From the NCBI RefSeq assembly GCF_020745735.1, contig NW_026869259.1:62001-126000 (forward strand): a stretch of 64,000 bases of DNA. The letters are read 5' to 3'. Position 1 is the stretch's first letter. Each line of letters starts with the position of its first letter. The notes below the pieces were generated by a model. That model was not told the origin of the DNA, searched no databases, and worked only from the letters and a program-made list of their open reading frames with translations. A program made the position numbers and the translations under genes. The stretch comes from Hemiscyllium ocellatum (lineage: Eukaryota). Positions 10,256 to 23,600 of this stretch are shown here, piece by piece.

Positions 10256-11347
10256 CCTTTAGTCCCTTCCCTGTCTCACACCAAGTAGGAGATTGTCCAT
10301 CAATAATGATTAGAAGGGTTATGGAGAATGGGGGTAGTCAGAATTGATCAAATAGATGATAGCTCCTGCAGTTGAATATCCTGCTGGCAGGCTCCAGCCT
10401 TTTACACACAGAATGGGGAAGTGTGTATTGTAGGGCTCCTTGGAACTATCCCTCATCATCAAGTGTCCCTCAGGAGGGGAGAGAGAATGTTCAGGGTCTT
10501 GAGCTCCATTTCCCAGCCCAGGCAGTTTGTCTCCCGGTGAATGACTGAGATGCCAATTTGGAGCCCAGGTTAAGGACAGTCTCTGCTGGTCTACAAGAGG
10601 CAACTAGAGATTGAGCTGAAAAGGAAAGATTTACTGCGTTATGGGGAGAGGGAGGGGCAGTGGGGTTAATTGGATCACTCACAGACATGATGGGCTGAAT
10701 GGTCTCCTCGTGTGCTAGGAGAAACAGATTTAGGACTGAATAGAGAAGGAACTTCTTCATCCAGAGGGTGGTGAATCTATGGAATTCCCTGCCCAGCGAA
10801 GTGGTTGAGGTTTCCTCAGTAAATGTTTTAAAGCTAAGACAGGTAATTTGTTGAACAGTACATGAATCAAGGGTTTTGGTGAAAAGGTGGGTAGGGGGAA
10901 GCTGAGGCCATGAAAAGATCAGCCATGATCTTACAGAATGGCAGAGCAGCCCAAGAGGCCAGAGAGCCTGCTCCTGCTCCTGGTTTTAATGTTCTTATGT
11001 GCTGTCAGATTCCAGGGAATGCAGACGGTTCACAGTTTTCTCCCATCTCAGTAACAAACATCCAGCTGCTCCGAGCTCCTTCTTTCACTTCCTCTCTTGA
11101 TGAAGTTTCAACCTTGCGATCTGACAGTCTTTGCAATTATTTTTTACACTGGGGCTTTCTGCTGTGGTCAGAATCTCTAATAATAAGTGTCCAATCAGTG
11201 ACAATCACAGCAACTAAGAGCAGTCAGGACTGAGGAGCCAGGCTCACTGGGAAACATATTGGGAAGATCACAACCATCCTTTTCAGCTCCCAGTACAACC
11301 TTCATCCCTCTCCCTGAGCACTGTCTGCTGCTCAACCAAACTCTTTG

Positions 11348-11535
11348 CAAAAACAGAATACCTCAGCAGGTCTGGCTGCATCTGGGGAAAGAAATCAACG
11401 TTAACATTTTGGGTGGCGTGACCTTTTCTCAGAACAGTTCTGAAGAAGGTTCACTTGTCCCAAAATGTTAACTGCTTTCTCTCCACAGATGGTGCCAGAC
11501 CTGCTGAGCCTTTCCAGCAATTTCAGTTTTTGTTC
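11348..11535. mobile_element. Short hairpin (inverted-repeat) element made of Penelope-type tails; second copy at 50155-50292
   Basis: ctcagcaggtctgg...gttaacattttggg / cccaaaatgttaac...ccagacctgctgag are reverse complements. Confidence 0.7.
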
Positions 11536-12179
11536 CTCATTTACAACAACCACAGCTTTTTTCATCTTTTATTTAGTGTCAGATTCCTTTCAATCCTGGC
11601 CTCATCTTTGAGGCTGATCTCAGCCCCAAATCCTCCACAGCACAGAGATCACTCACTGAAAATCTCAGCCATTGCTTTGCGTCTCCAAACATGACCATTC
11701 TAATGTTGTCCTGGGCCACATCACAGCCACTGCCCTCTGTAACCTTCAGCTCATCCCAAACTCTGCTGCCCGTATCCAAACTCGCACCAAGTCCCATCCC
11801 CATCCCCCACCGTCCTCCCTGAGCGACATTGGCTCCCGGTCCAACACCTCGATTTTCAAATTCTCATCCTTGTTTGGAAGTCCCTCCTTGTCCATCCACC
11901 TTCCCTATCTCTGTCACCTCCTCCTAACTGCCTCACTCAGTGTGGTCAGCAATCCTGGACAGATGACTCTCTGTTTCTTCATCCAAGTCATTTTGAAATA
12001 TCATGAAATGTTGAGGTCCCAGCACAGATCCCTGGGGACACCACTATTTACCTCTTGCTCATTGGAGGACACATACGTTATCCCTCCAATCTGTCTCCTT
12101 CCTCCAAATTAATTCCTGACAAAAGGCAAATGCTTTTCTCTAACTCATTATGTTTCCATGTTGATGAACAGTCTCTCAA

Positions 12180-13320
12180 ACAGTGAAACTAGGAGCAGGA
12201 GTAGGCCATTCAGCCCTTCGAGCCTGTTCCAATTTTCAGTATGATCATGGCTGATCATCCAACTCAGTCGCATGTTCCTGTTTTCTCCCCGTCACCTTTG
12301 ATACCTTTCATTAGAAGAACTAGGCGTAGCTTTTCTAGAAAACATTTATTGGTTTGGGTTCAACTGCTTTCAGTGACAGAAACTTCCACAGGCTTCCCAC
12401 TCACTGAATGAAAAAAAATTCTCTCCATCTCAGCTCTAAATCGCCTTTCCCGTATCCTTAAATTGTAATCCCTGATTCTGGACTCCCCAGTCATCAAGAA
12501 CATCCTGCCTTGTCCTGTTAGGATTTTAGAGATTTCAATGTGACTCCCTTCAATCTTCTAACCTCTAGTGAATATAATCCGAACTGATCCAGTTTCTCAT
12601 CAGATCTAAGTGCTGTCCTCCCAGGAATCAGTCTGGTAAACCTTCATTGTCCTCCCTCCACAGCCAGAACATTCTTCCTCAGATAAAGAAACCAAAACTG
12701 CACACAATACAATCATAAAATCACACAGTACAGAAGAGGCCCTTTGGCCCTTTGAACCTGCACCAGCCAAACTACACTAAACCTGCATTCATTCAACTTT
12801 CCAACACAAGGGCCATAGCTTTACATGTTACGATATTTCAAGTGTTTATCCAAGTATTTTTTAAAGATGGTGAGATTTTCCACCTCAACTACCATCCCAG
12901 GCAATGCAAACCAGACCCCCACCACCCTCTGAGTGAAAACCTGCTCTTCAAATGCCCTCTAAAGCTCCTATCTTTCACAGTGAATGTGTGCCAACTCCGT
13001 GTAAGGGGAACAGCTACTTTCTCTTCATTCTGCCCATTCCCCTCATACCCTTATACACCTCTATCAGGTCCCCCTTCCACCTTCTCTGCTTCAAAGAAAA
13101 CAACCCGAGTTTTTCCAGCCTCTCTTCATCACTGAAATGCTTCATCCCAAGCAACATCCTGGTGACTATCCTCTGCACCCCCTCCAGTACAGTCACATCC
13201 TTCCGATCACATGGTGACCAGAACTGCACACAGTACTCCAGCTGTGGCCTAACCAAAGGTCTGTATTCTCCAACATCTCTTCCTTGGTCCTCTAATCTAT
13301 ACCTGAAATGATAAAGGCAA
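12180..13320 (-). mobile_element. Nested CR1-type LINE 3' fragments
   Basis: ORF 13014..13370 has RPQLEYCVQFWSP...GDLIEVYK; two different LINE tails abut. Confidence 0.8.
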
Positions 13321-14469
13321 GTATCACATCTGACTTCATAAATACCTTCTTCATCTGTTCCATCTTCCAAAATTCATCACTTCTCATTTGTCAGGGGCAA
13401 GTTCCATCTGACTCTGATCTGCCCATCTGACCAATCCAGTTAGATCCTCCTGTAACCTAAGACCTTCTTCCTCACTGTCAACCATCTGCCAAACCTCATG
13501 TCATCTACAAACTCAGTCATCATCCACTCACCCCCACCCCTCACCTCTCACATTCTCATGTTCATTGTGGCATACACAGACACCCAGATTTTATTGCCCC
13601 TCCCCATTCCCAATCTATCACCATTCAGATAATAATATGCTTCCAAGTTTTGCTACTAAACTGGGTAACCTCACATTTAACTTCATTCTATTTCATCTGC
13701 CATCACTCAACATCTCCAAATCACACTGAGGTATCTCTGCATCCTCCTCACAGCTCCCCCTCCCACCCAGCTTTGTGTCACCTGCAAACCTGGAGATATT
13801 ACTCTTAAGTTCCCTCATCTAAACCATGAACAAATATTGTGAATAGCTGGATCCAGGCCTGTGGTACCCTTTCAGAAAAATTCCAGTTTATTTTTACTCT
13901 TTGTTTCCTGCCTGCCAACCAGTTCTCTATCCATGTCAGTACACCGCCCCCCGTCCCATGAATCTTAATTTTTATGCTCTCTTCTGTGGGACTTATTAAA
14001 AACCTTGTAAAAGTTCCAAATATACCATGTCAATTGCCTCCTTCTTGTCAAATTTGCTCTTTACATACTCAAGCAATTCCAATCAATTTGTTAAGTATGA
14101 TTTCCCTTTCCACAAACCAGGCTGACTCTGTCTAATCCTGTCACTGTCTTTCAGTGATTAAATCTTTCATAATAGACTCGAGTATTTTCAGGCTGATTGG
14201 TCTAAGTTGTCCACTTTCTCTCTCTCTCCCATTTTAAATAGTGATGTTACATTAGCAACTCTCCAGTCAGTGGGAATTATTCCAGAATGTATAGAATCTT
14301 GAACATCAATGTTTCCAAACATTTTGGGCATTTCCTGAAGTAATCTGAGGTGTAGACTATTGGATGCTGTGGATTTATCGAATTTAATCCCATAAATTTT
14401 CCAAAACCATCTCCCTAAGAAAACTAGCTTTCTTCAGTGCTGCTATCAGTCTATACCCTGTTATCCCAA

Positions 14470-14770
14470 AATGTTTAGAATGTATTTGAGTTTTCCATTG
14501 TATACAAAGATCCAGAATGTAGCAAATGCAGAAATTTCCTTTGCTCTTGTTGTCAGTGGTACTTTTAACAAATCACTTTTGGATAAGAATGACACACTAC
14601 CTACCCTATCAATGCAATCTCCTGGCCTGGGAATAGGGTACAAATCCATCTTTGTGACTACATTCACTTTCCAACTGTCTACACAGAATCTAATTGAAAC
14701 ATTTAGTTTCAGAACCAACACTACAAGAGAACTCCAATTACTCTTACAGTTCAATCAAGGTACCCTGTCT
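14470..14770 (-). mobile_element. Ty3/Gypsy reverse transcriptase remnant
   Basis: ORF 14461..14754: SNWSS...IRFCVD..KVNVVTK.D.YPIPR..DCIDRVG...SKSDLLK...KEISAF. Confidence 0.88.
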
Positions 14771-15046
14771 AGTTTATGATCAGTAATTTGCTGATTATTA
14801 GATAGTTTGAATCAACCCCAGATCCCTGGTTCTGCTGCTGGATTTACATAAAAATGTCAAATGAAGAGGGCAGTAGATGGGTGTTTCAGGGCAAAAGAAT
14901 CTCTGGGTTTATTCAATACAAAAGGTAAGTATAATACAGGAGCAAATACAAATGTAATAAACAGTGAAATGAACAGTATCCATTATACAGAGAACAGTAA
15001 TTAAATACACTACCAAATTAAACACTGGTTATACACTATTAGAAGC

Positions 15047-16218
15047 TAGAGTGGAAAAGTTTGGTCCTGGAAAAGCACAGCAGGTCAGGCAGCATCTGAG
15101 GGACAGGAGAATCGATGTTTCGGGCATTAGCTCTTCATCGGGAAGGTTGGGGGAGTGGAAGGGGGCTGAGTGATCAATAGGAAGGTGGGGCAGGGGGTGG
15201 AGGAAAGTAGCTGGGAAGGGGATAGGTAGATACAGGTGGGGGGAGGTGATAGTGATAGTTCAGAAGGGATGGTGGAGCAGATAGGTGGGATGGATGATGG
15301 ATAGATTTGGAAGGTTCAAGTGGGTGGTGTCCAGTTGGAGGATTGGATATTTGTTGGGGGTGTGGGGAGGGGAGATAACGAAACTAGTGAAAACAACATT
15401 GATGCCGTGTGATTGGAGGGTCCCAAGGTGGAAAATGAGGCATTCTTCTTCCAGACATAGTAGCTCAGTGGTTAGCACTGCTGCCTCACAGCACTGGGGA
15501 CCCAGGTTCGATTCCAGCCTTCAGCAACTGTCTGTGTGGAGGTTGCATGTTCTTCCCATGTCCGGGTTTTCTCCGGGTGCTCCGGTTGCACAGTCCAAAG
15601 ATGTGCAGCTCAGGTGAATGGGCCGTTCTAAATTGCCCGCAGTGTTAGGTACATTAGTCAGAGGGAAATAGGTCTCTGTGGATTATTGTTCGGAGAGTCG
15701 GTGCCTGGTTGGGTCGAAGGGCCTGTTTCCAATTTCTAGGGAATCTAATCTAATCAAAATGCTGAGGTTAGCTGAATTGGCCATACTAAATTGCTCATAG
15801 AGTTCTGTGCATTAGTCAGGGGTAAATATAGGGTAGGGGAATGAGTCTGGGTGGGTTACTCTTTGGGTGGTTGGTATGGACATGTTGGGATGAAGGGCCT
15901 GTTTCCATACTGTAGGGAATCTAATCTAATCTGATCAGATTTTGGGTGGCTTGGAGTTGGCAGTGGAGGAGGCCCAGGACTTGCATGTCCTTGGCAGAGT
16001 TGAAGGGGGATTTGAAGTGTCCGGCCACAGGGTGGTGGGGTTGTTTGGTGCATGTGTCCCAGAAATGTTCCACAAGTCGTCCTTCTCAACATTCCTGATG
16101 AAGGGCTTCTGCCCAAAACATCGATTCTCCTGCTCCCTGGATGCTGCCTGACCTGCTGCGCTTTTCCAGCGCCTCACTTTCCGACTCTGACCTCCAGCAT
16201 CTGCAGTCCTCACTTTCT
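15047..16218 (-). mobile_element. Penelope-like insertion with inverted 5' tail and 12-bp flanking direct repeat ACTATTAGAAGC, interrupted by two SINEs
   Basis: Direct repeat at 15035-15046 and 16219-16230; inverted tails at about 15060-15140 and 16090-16217; GIY-YIG C-terminus LEEECLIFHLGTLQSHGINVVF (ORF 15260..15478). Confidence 0.75.
15461..15755 (+). mobile_element. HE1-type shark SINE (a partial second copy follows, about 15760-15933)
   Basis: agctcagtggttagcactgctgcctcacagc head with ggttcgattcc B-box, central domain, (aatct)n tail. Confidence 0.88.
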
Positions 16219-17289
16219 ACTATTAGAAGCAAAACCGTTTGAGTCACACAAACTTTAATCAGGCTCCCTACCCTTGGGTCCCAATGCACTGCCACCACCC
16301 ACCATCCCCTCCCTGCGAGCTCAGAGGGAAACTTAGGGGTCTCAGGATTTTCAGCTCAGCATCGAGGAAAATACAGGTTTAATTTGTGTCCTGTTGGTGA
16401 GGTTCTCGCCGTCAGTTCTCTTGGCTCAGGACAGGTCTGTGAGAAAGTGAGGACGGCAGATGCTGGAGATCAGGATTGAGAGTGTTGTGCTGGAAAAGCA
16501 CAGCAGGTCAGGCAGCATCCGAGGAGCAGGAGAATCAACGTTTTGGGCATAAGCCCTTCATCAAGAATAAGACCTGTGGGCTGGGAGCTGAGAGATAAAT
16601 GGGGGGGGGGGGTAAGACTGAGGCGAAGGAATCTGGGAATGTGTTCGGAACAGACCTGTCTCTGGAAGCTCTTGTTCAGATAACGTTTGGTTGGTGTTCC
16701 TGCTCTCGGGTGTCCTTTGTTGCGATGATGCTTTTGGTTTGGTTTCTGAATTCAGCTTCTCTGTTCATCCTCTGTAGTTCTTGCTTCTGAAGCTGCTTGT
16801 TGGGGCTTGCTGAAGCTGTTCTGCAGAAACTTGTTGTTGAAAAGGCTCACCCTCAGATTCGGGCTGGCTGTTATACAGGCTGTGTGCACCGTTATCTCCC
16901 CTCAGATCTGTATTGTCCAATGTGTTTCTGGTGTTCCCTTTGGGGTCACTTGACTTCCTGACAGTTAAGAGTATTTGTGAATGTATCTTGACTGATGTTG
17001 AACGCCCAATATCCCTGTGAGTAAGTATTGATTGTGTTGAATGTCCAGTATCTGTACAGGTTCCAAAATGTCTGTGTTAGTAAGCCGAGGTGTAAAAGTG
17101 AGGTTCAGTCTGGAGAATGAGGTCTGGTTGTGTCTCTTTAAGGGTTGAGGTGTGAACTGGAATTCCAGGCAGAACAATGGTTCCAGGCAGCCATCCCTGT
17201 GTCTCCGTGTTTTCCCAGAGCCCAGCCCAGCTGTCTCTTTATTTTTAAAAGGTTTTTAAAAATCCAGGGTTTTAGATGATTGGGATATT

Positions 17290-18185
17290 TGCTCAATTCC
17301 AACATGGGAGAACTCCAATTACTCTGACAGTTCAATCAATTGATTCTCAAATAAACATTGAGCTTCCTTTGTTACTTTGGCCAGTTTCTCTGGTTTTAAC
17401 CAAAATGGGTTTTGTTTTATTGTGTCTGAATTATCTACCTCCACATCATGTTCAATTAATCTGGCTCATGCAAGTGTATCTTTTAAAGACCATGTATCAG
17501 TGCAGAATGTGGCCATTCAGCCCATCAAGTCCACTCTGCCATTCTATCATAGTTGATTTGTTTATCAACCCCATTCTCCTGCCTTCTCTGTTACCTGTGA
17601 TTGGTTTACCAATCAAGAACCTAGCTATCTGTCTTAAATACACTCAATGACTTGGCCTCCACAGCACTCTGCAGCAATGATCAATCCACAGATTAAACAC
17701 TCTCTGGATGAAAAATCTCCTCCTCATCTCACTTCCAAAGGATGGCCCCTTCTGAGGCTGTGCCCTCAGGTCCCAGTCTCTCTGCCAAGTGGAAACATCT
17801 TCTCCATGTCTACTCTATCCAGGTCTCTCAGTATACTGTATGTTTCACTGAGATTCCCCCTCATCCTTCCAAACATCAAGTACAGACTGAATACAGGCCT
17901 CAACCACTCCTCATACAAACTTATTTGTATTCTCTGAGCAATCTCCCTCTGTCCCTCTGTTAATCTTTCTCCAGATACAAAAATACAGTGTCTGAATTCT
18001 CTAATGCCTCTGAGTCTGTTCACCTCACAGGAGAAAGTTCACTTTGGGAATTGACCAATTCTCTTTGGCTCTCACACTTTTTCTCATCCCCTTTCTGCTA
18101 CACTCAGTGCTGGACACACCTCTACACGACTGAATTAAGGATGCTGCTTTCATCATGTGTGGAGGTTTACCTACAACTTGACAAG
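17290..18185 (-). mobile_element. Gypsy (Gmr1-like) remnant: integrase end, linker and RT start, with an inserted CR1 3' fragment
   Basis: Inverted paralog of 42560-43430; NWSSP RT-start motif near 17310-17340. Confidence 0.7.
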
Positions 18186-20030
18186 TTTTTTAATAATATA
18201 TTCATTTTGTGGAATGTGAGCATCGCTGGCTGGCCAGCATTTATTGCTCATCCCTAGTTGCCCTTGAGAAGGCTTATGGTGAGCTGCCTTCTTGAACTGC
18301 TGCAGTACACCTGCTGTGGGTTGAATGACCACACCATTAGGGAGGGAATTCCAGGATCTGGAGCCAGCAACAGTGAAGGGACACAATACATTTTCAAGTC
18401 AAGATGACTTGGAGGGGAACTTGAAGGTAATGGTGTTCTCATATATCTGGTACCATTGTCCTTCCAGATGGAAATGGTTGTGTTTGGAAGGTGCTGTCTG
18501 AGGATCTTTGGTGAATTTCTGCAGTGCATCTTGTAGATAGTGCACACTGCTGCTGCTGAATGTCGGCGGTAGAGGGCATGGTTACATGTGGATGCTGTGC
18601 CTATCAAGCGGCTGCTTTGCCCTGAATGGTGTTCAGCTTCTTGAGTGTTGTTGGGGGCTTCACCCATCCAGGCAAGTGGGGAGTATTCCATTACATTCCT
18701 GACTTGTGCCTTGTAGATTGTGGCCAGGCTTTCAGGAGACAAGAGGTGAGGTACTTGCTGCAGTATTCTTAGCCTCTGACCTGCTTTTGTAGCCACTGTG
18801 TTTATTTGGTGAGTTTCAGCTGGCTATCAACTCCCAGGATGTTGATAGTGGGGGACACGTTGATGGTAACACCACTGAATGTCAAGGGACACTGGTTAGA
18901 TTGTCTCTTATTGGTGACAGTCAGAGTCTAGCATTTGTATGACATGGAAGTTATTTCTCACTTGTCAGCCCAAGCCTGGATATTATCCAGATCTTATTGC
19001 ATTTGAACATGGACTGCTCCAATCTCTGAGGAGTTGGAAATGGTGCTGAACATCGTGCAATCGTCAGTGAACATCACCCCTTCTGTCCTTGTGGAGGGAA
19101 GGTCATTGATGAAACAACTGAAGATAGTTGGGTGAAGGAGACTACCCTGAGGAGCTCCTCCAGAGATGTCCTGGAGCTGAGATGACTGGCCTCTAACAAT
19201 CATAACCATCTTCCTATGTGTCAGGTATGACTCTAAATACCAAAGAGTTTGCCAATGATACCCAGTGATTCCAGTTTTGTTAGGACCTCGAACCGTTTGT
19301 TGACATCATGTGGAGTGAATCGAATTGGCTGAAGACTTTTATCTGTAATGCTGGAGACCACTGGAGGAGGCCAAGATGGATCATCCACTTGGTACCTCTG
19401 GTTGAAGATTGCTGCGAAAGCTTCAGCTTTATCTTTTGCACTGCTGTGCTGGGCTCTTCCATCATTGAGGATGGGGATATTTGTGGAGACTCCTCCTCCA
19501 GTGAGATGTTTAATCATCCAACACCACTCATGACAAGATGTTTCAGGATTGCAGAGCTTAGACCTGATCCGTTGGTTGTGGAATTCTTTGATTCTGTCTG
19601 TCATTTTCTGCTTATGCTGTTTGGTATGCAAGGAGTCTTCTTTAGTGGCTTCGCCAGGTGAACACCTCATCTTAATGCATGCCTCGTGCTGTTCCTGGCA
19701 TGCCCTCCTGAATTCTCCATTGTTGGTCCCCTGGTTTGATGGTAATGGTTGAGTGGGGGATACGCCAGGCCATTATGTTTCAGATTATGCTGGAGCAGAA
19801 TTCTGCTGCTGTTGATGGCCCACAGTGCCTCATGGATGCCCAGTCATGAGTTGTGAGATCGGTTGTAAGTCCGTCCCAGTCAGCGTGGTGATAATGTCAC
19901 ACAAAATGATGGATGCTCTTCTCAGTGGAAGGCAGGAGTTAGCCTTCAAAAAGAATGTGCGACGCTCACTCTGACTGATACTGTATAGGACAGATGCATC
20001 TGCAGCTGGCGGATTGGTGAGGATGAGGTC
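18185..20030 (-). mobile_element. L2/Crack-group LINE remnant inserted into the Gypsy integrase fragment
   Basis: ORF 18254..18796: KAGQRLRIL...LATIYKAQVRNVMEYSPLAWMG. 18994..19209: GAPQGSLL.PTIFSCFINDLP...FTDD. The flanks rejoin as in the uninterrupted copy at 40480-40540. Confidence 0.82.
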
Positions 20031-20037
20031 AAGTATG

Positions 20038-20640
20038 ACACATTTTTTTAAACTGCACCACATATTTAAACAATTTTTGCTCAGTAAAACACATGATTCT
20101 GGATGCCTGTGTTTTCCAAATCCCCATGGTCCTCTCATGGAAATCTGATGTGCTCCCCACAATATCTCCCGATGATAGCTGGGTGGGACCACCAGCCAAT
20201 GTCTAACCGACCATTCTTTCTCTGGGGGTCTATGAAGAGGGGGAGTCTCCACTTCCTCATCAGTGCTCCATTCTGAAGGTAACAGCACTCTGAAACTCCT
20301 CCAGCCTCGACCTCAGTATGAGCTGACTGTGCTCATTTAGTTCATTCAGGATCTGCTTCTTGGATCTACTGTAATTAGGGACATCATACCAAACACTCCA
20401 GCTGGATTATCTTCACCCTTTCAGAAAGTTTCAGCGATCCTTTCACTTGCTGTGGTTTCACATCAACCCTTATTGATGGATTTTGTTTAACCATTGCCCT
20501 GGTTACCCCACACGAAGGAGAGAGACCAGGAACCTGTTCCTGTCATTGTTCTGTTTCTTGGCCCTCCTTTGGACATTCTGTAATTATCGGGGAAGCTACT
20601 GCCTTTAGTCCTGACAAATCATTCCCCAGAAGGAAATCGA
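20038..20640 (-). mobile_element. Gypsy (Gmr1-like) protease-end to integrase H2C2 remnant
   Basis: Minus strand: IPVEEVDFLLGNDLSG...PSCGVTRAMVK, then LVVPPSYHREILWGAH. Confidence 0.78.
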
Positions 20641-21789
20641 CTTCTTCAACAGGGAATGTTTTCCCCACTCCGACAATCACAGGCAACATCCTGGTGAATC
20701 TCCTCTACACCCTCTTCAGTCCAATCACAACCTTCTGACAGTGTCATGACAGCACGAAACACAATATTTCAGATATGACCTAATCAATGCTCTGTAAAGT
20801 AACAACGAGACTTCCTTGCTCCTATATTCTACACCCTGGCTAGTTATGGCAAGCATCCTATATGCCTCCTTCACCACCCTGCCTAGCTGTGCTGATACCT
20901 TCTGGGATTGATGGACTTGTACACCAAGGTCCCTTTGTTCTTCACTACTCCCAAGGCTCATAAGAACAGAAGAACTAGGAGCAGGAGCAGGCATTCTGGC
21001 CCTTCAATAAGATCATGACTCATCTTTTCATGGACTCAGCTCCCCTTACCCACGATCTCACTGGATCTCTTAATTCCTTTACTGTTCAAAAAAAATCTTA
21101 GCTTTGAAATGTTTACTGAAGTAGCATCAACTACTTCATTGGACAAGGAATTCCAGAGATTTATGACCCTCTGGGTGAAGAAGTTCCTTCTCAATTGCCT
21201 TCTCCCTAATTTTGAGGCTCTGCCCTCTTGTTTTAGTTTCACCTACCAGTGGAAACATCCTATGTCTTATCTATTCTATTCATAATTTTATGTGTTTCTA
21301 TAAGATCCCCCACCCCCCTCATTCTTCTAAGTTCCAATGATTGTATCCCTGTCTACTCGGTTTCTCCTCTCACAGGTCAACCCTCTCAACCCCAGAATCA
21401 ACCTAGTGAACCTTCTCTGCACCCCTTTGTGTGCCAGTACATCCTTTCTCAAGTAAGGAGACAAAAACTGCACGCAGTATTCCAGGTGTGGCCTCACCAG
21501 CACCCTGTACAGCTGCAACATAATCTCCCTGCTTTTTAAACTCAGTCCCTTTTGCAATGAAGGACAAAATTCCATTTGCCTTCCTAATTGCTTGTTGTAC
21601 CTGTAGACCAGCCCTCTGTGATCCATGCACAAGGACACCCAAGGCATATACCTTTCATTGTGTATATCCCTTCCTTATCAGACCTCCCAAATTGGATCAC
21701 CTCGCAATTATCGGGATTAAATTCCATCTGTTATTGTTCTGCCCAATTTAGCAGCTGATCAATATCAGACTGTAGCCTGAGACCCGGTA

Positions 21790-22530
21790 ATCCAAGATGG
21801 CAGCAGAGTAGGACTCTTCAAACCGAGTTCACCTGCTCCATCTGTTTCCTTTTCTTGGTTTTCTTCCATTTTTTTTTTCTTTTGTGTTGTTCTTTTGTCC
21901 TTCTTTCATCTTTTCTCTCCCAGCCACAGACTCGCGGCCTCAGACACCTGGTCTCCGACTAGTGCAGACCCAGTGATACGGCCTCTCAGCTTTATGTGGC
22001 AGTGTCCTGGCCTGGCAGGGAGACCTCCCAGCCCCGAAAGGCAGACTCTCGGTCTGACATGGTGGCCTCTCAGTTTAATGTGGTGGCCTCTCAGCCCAGC
22101 ATGCTGGACTGTCAGCCCAGTGTGATGGACTCTCAGCCTAGCATGGCCATCTTTCAGTGGCCCAGTGTGGTTGTCTCTCAACCTACAGGGTGATCTTTTG
22201 CTGTATTTGGTGGTCTCTCAGCCCAGCACGGCCTCAGCATGGACTTCCGGTCTCAGGGTAACGACTCGCAGTATGATCCCATGGTAGCTAAGTGCTTAGG
22301 AAAGACTAATGATTGAACTTTCAAATTTGTTACTTTATTGTCTTCTTAAAACTAATCTGTAATGGGTATCTTTTAACATTATTCTTTCTTTCTATCTTGT
22401 TCTTAAGATTCTGTACCTAGGTCCTTGTATGTAAGATGGCACCTTCTGATGCGACATTACATACTTTTCACTGCACTCCGCTACTTTTGTGCTTGAGTAC
22501 TTGTGACAATAAAATAAAAATCAAATCAAT
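21790..22530 (+). mobile_element. SINE-like non-autonomous element with an internal 21-bp minisatellite and (aaatc)n tail
   Basis: Starts atccaagatggc; internal repeats of gtggtggcctctcagcccagc; ends cttttcactgcact...gtgacaataaaataaaaatcaaatc. Confidence 0.6.
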
Positions 22531-23289
22531 ATCTACAACACCACCAATTTATGTGGCATCTGAAAGCTTTCTAATTATGCAATCACAATCAATTTGTTAA
22601 TGTACATTACAAACAGAAAGGGTCCCAGCCCCAATCCCTGCCTTACACCACTGATCACAGGCTTCCAATCGCAAAGACACCCTACCATGTGGGGCCTTTG
22701 TTGACATAATCAATACTGGCATCCCTACCTCTCCAAGTATTGCTTAATCCTGTACTTCAGAATTTTTTCTCATAATTGCCCTCACACTGACATCAGACTA
22801 ACTGGTCTGGAATTGCCTGGCGTATCCCTGCTGCCCTTCTTGAACAAAGGAACCACATTGACAATCCTCAACTCTGGCACTTCACCTGTGGCCAGCGAAG
22901 TATTAATCAAGGAAAAGGCAATCAAACTTTAAAGGCAATGAAATGAAAAATACAGTTAAGTTAAACCAAAAGATATGATAGAGAAATGGACCCCTTCTCC
23001 CTGTTATTTGAGTACTGGAAAGAAATAATGTTAGATTAGAAAGGATTTTAATTTGCCATGAGTTTTGAAATCTTTTGAATTTGTGTTTTCTGTCAGTATG
23101 TTTCATCTTCATTTCTTTTGTCTAAGGAGGTCTTATTATTACATCAAAATCATTGTGTGCTTACGCTCCACTGATGCTGCAGACCAACTGCATTTCTTCA
23201 GCAATTTCTGTTTGTGTTTCAGTCTGAGATCTGTGTTGTCCAATAATACCAGCAGTTGGGATGGGAATAGTTGGCTAGCATCATGATTG

Positions 23290-23600
23290 TCACTCTAATT
23301 AGAAATTGATACATCGTATTTGATGAATCTAACAAACCCTTACACTGTTTTCACATCTGTCCGTCACCACATCACTGCCACCGCTCTTACCTTTCCAGAA
23401 TCCAGGCAAATCCTTTTGCTCTCAGTATGTGACTTATGTACTTAACTTGGGCATCTTTAATTGCAAACTTTTTTGTTCAGCTTAATGAATCTTTCTTTCT
23501 TGTTCAGCTCCTGACAAGCTACACCCAGCAGGCCACTAGATGATGATTGTGGTCAGCAATGCTTTGTATCTCGAATAGTCCACTTTCTCCCTATCCTTCT
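23290..23600 (-). mobile_element. Second Gypsy family RT remnant (highly decayed)
   Basis: Minus-strand frames give IADHNHHLV, KLNKK.LQLKMP, VKYISHIL, GKVRAVA..TDVK, resembling the KLNKxKxxxxxxxVxYxGHI...DPEKV end of Gypsy RT. Confidence 0.6.

Larger units (their letters stand above)
300..20340. repeat. Left arm of a large diverged inverted duplication (partner about 42300-59850)
   Basis: Collinear inverted anchors: 300-1440/58780-59850; 2300-3145/56050-56950; 3820-4510/55360-56050; 5330-6330/53150-54620; 8140-8450/52540-53090; 10260-10580/52050-52500 and 49700-49810; 11010-12110/48660-49570; 17290-18180 and 20040-20340/42360-43430. Confidence 0.88.

Noticed and set aside
16620-17280. Unassigned stretch next to the Gypsy remnant, possibly an LTR or 3' region
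   Set aside because: No second copy, TG...CA ends, PBS or PPT that I could verify; left unannotated.
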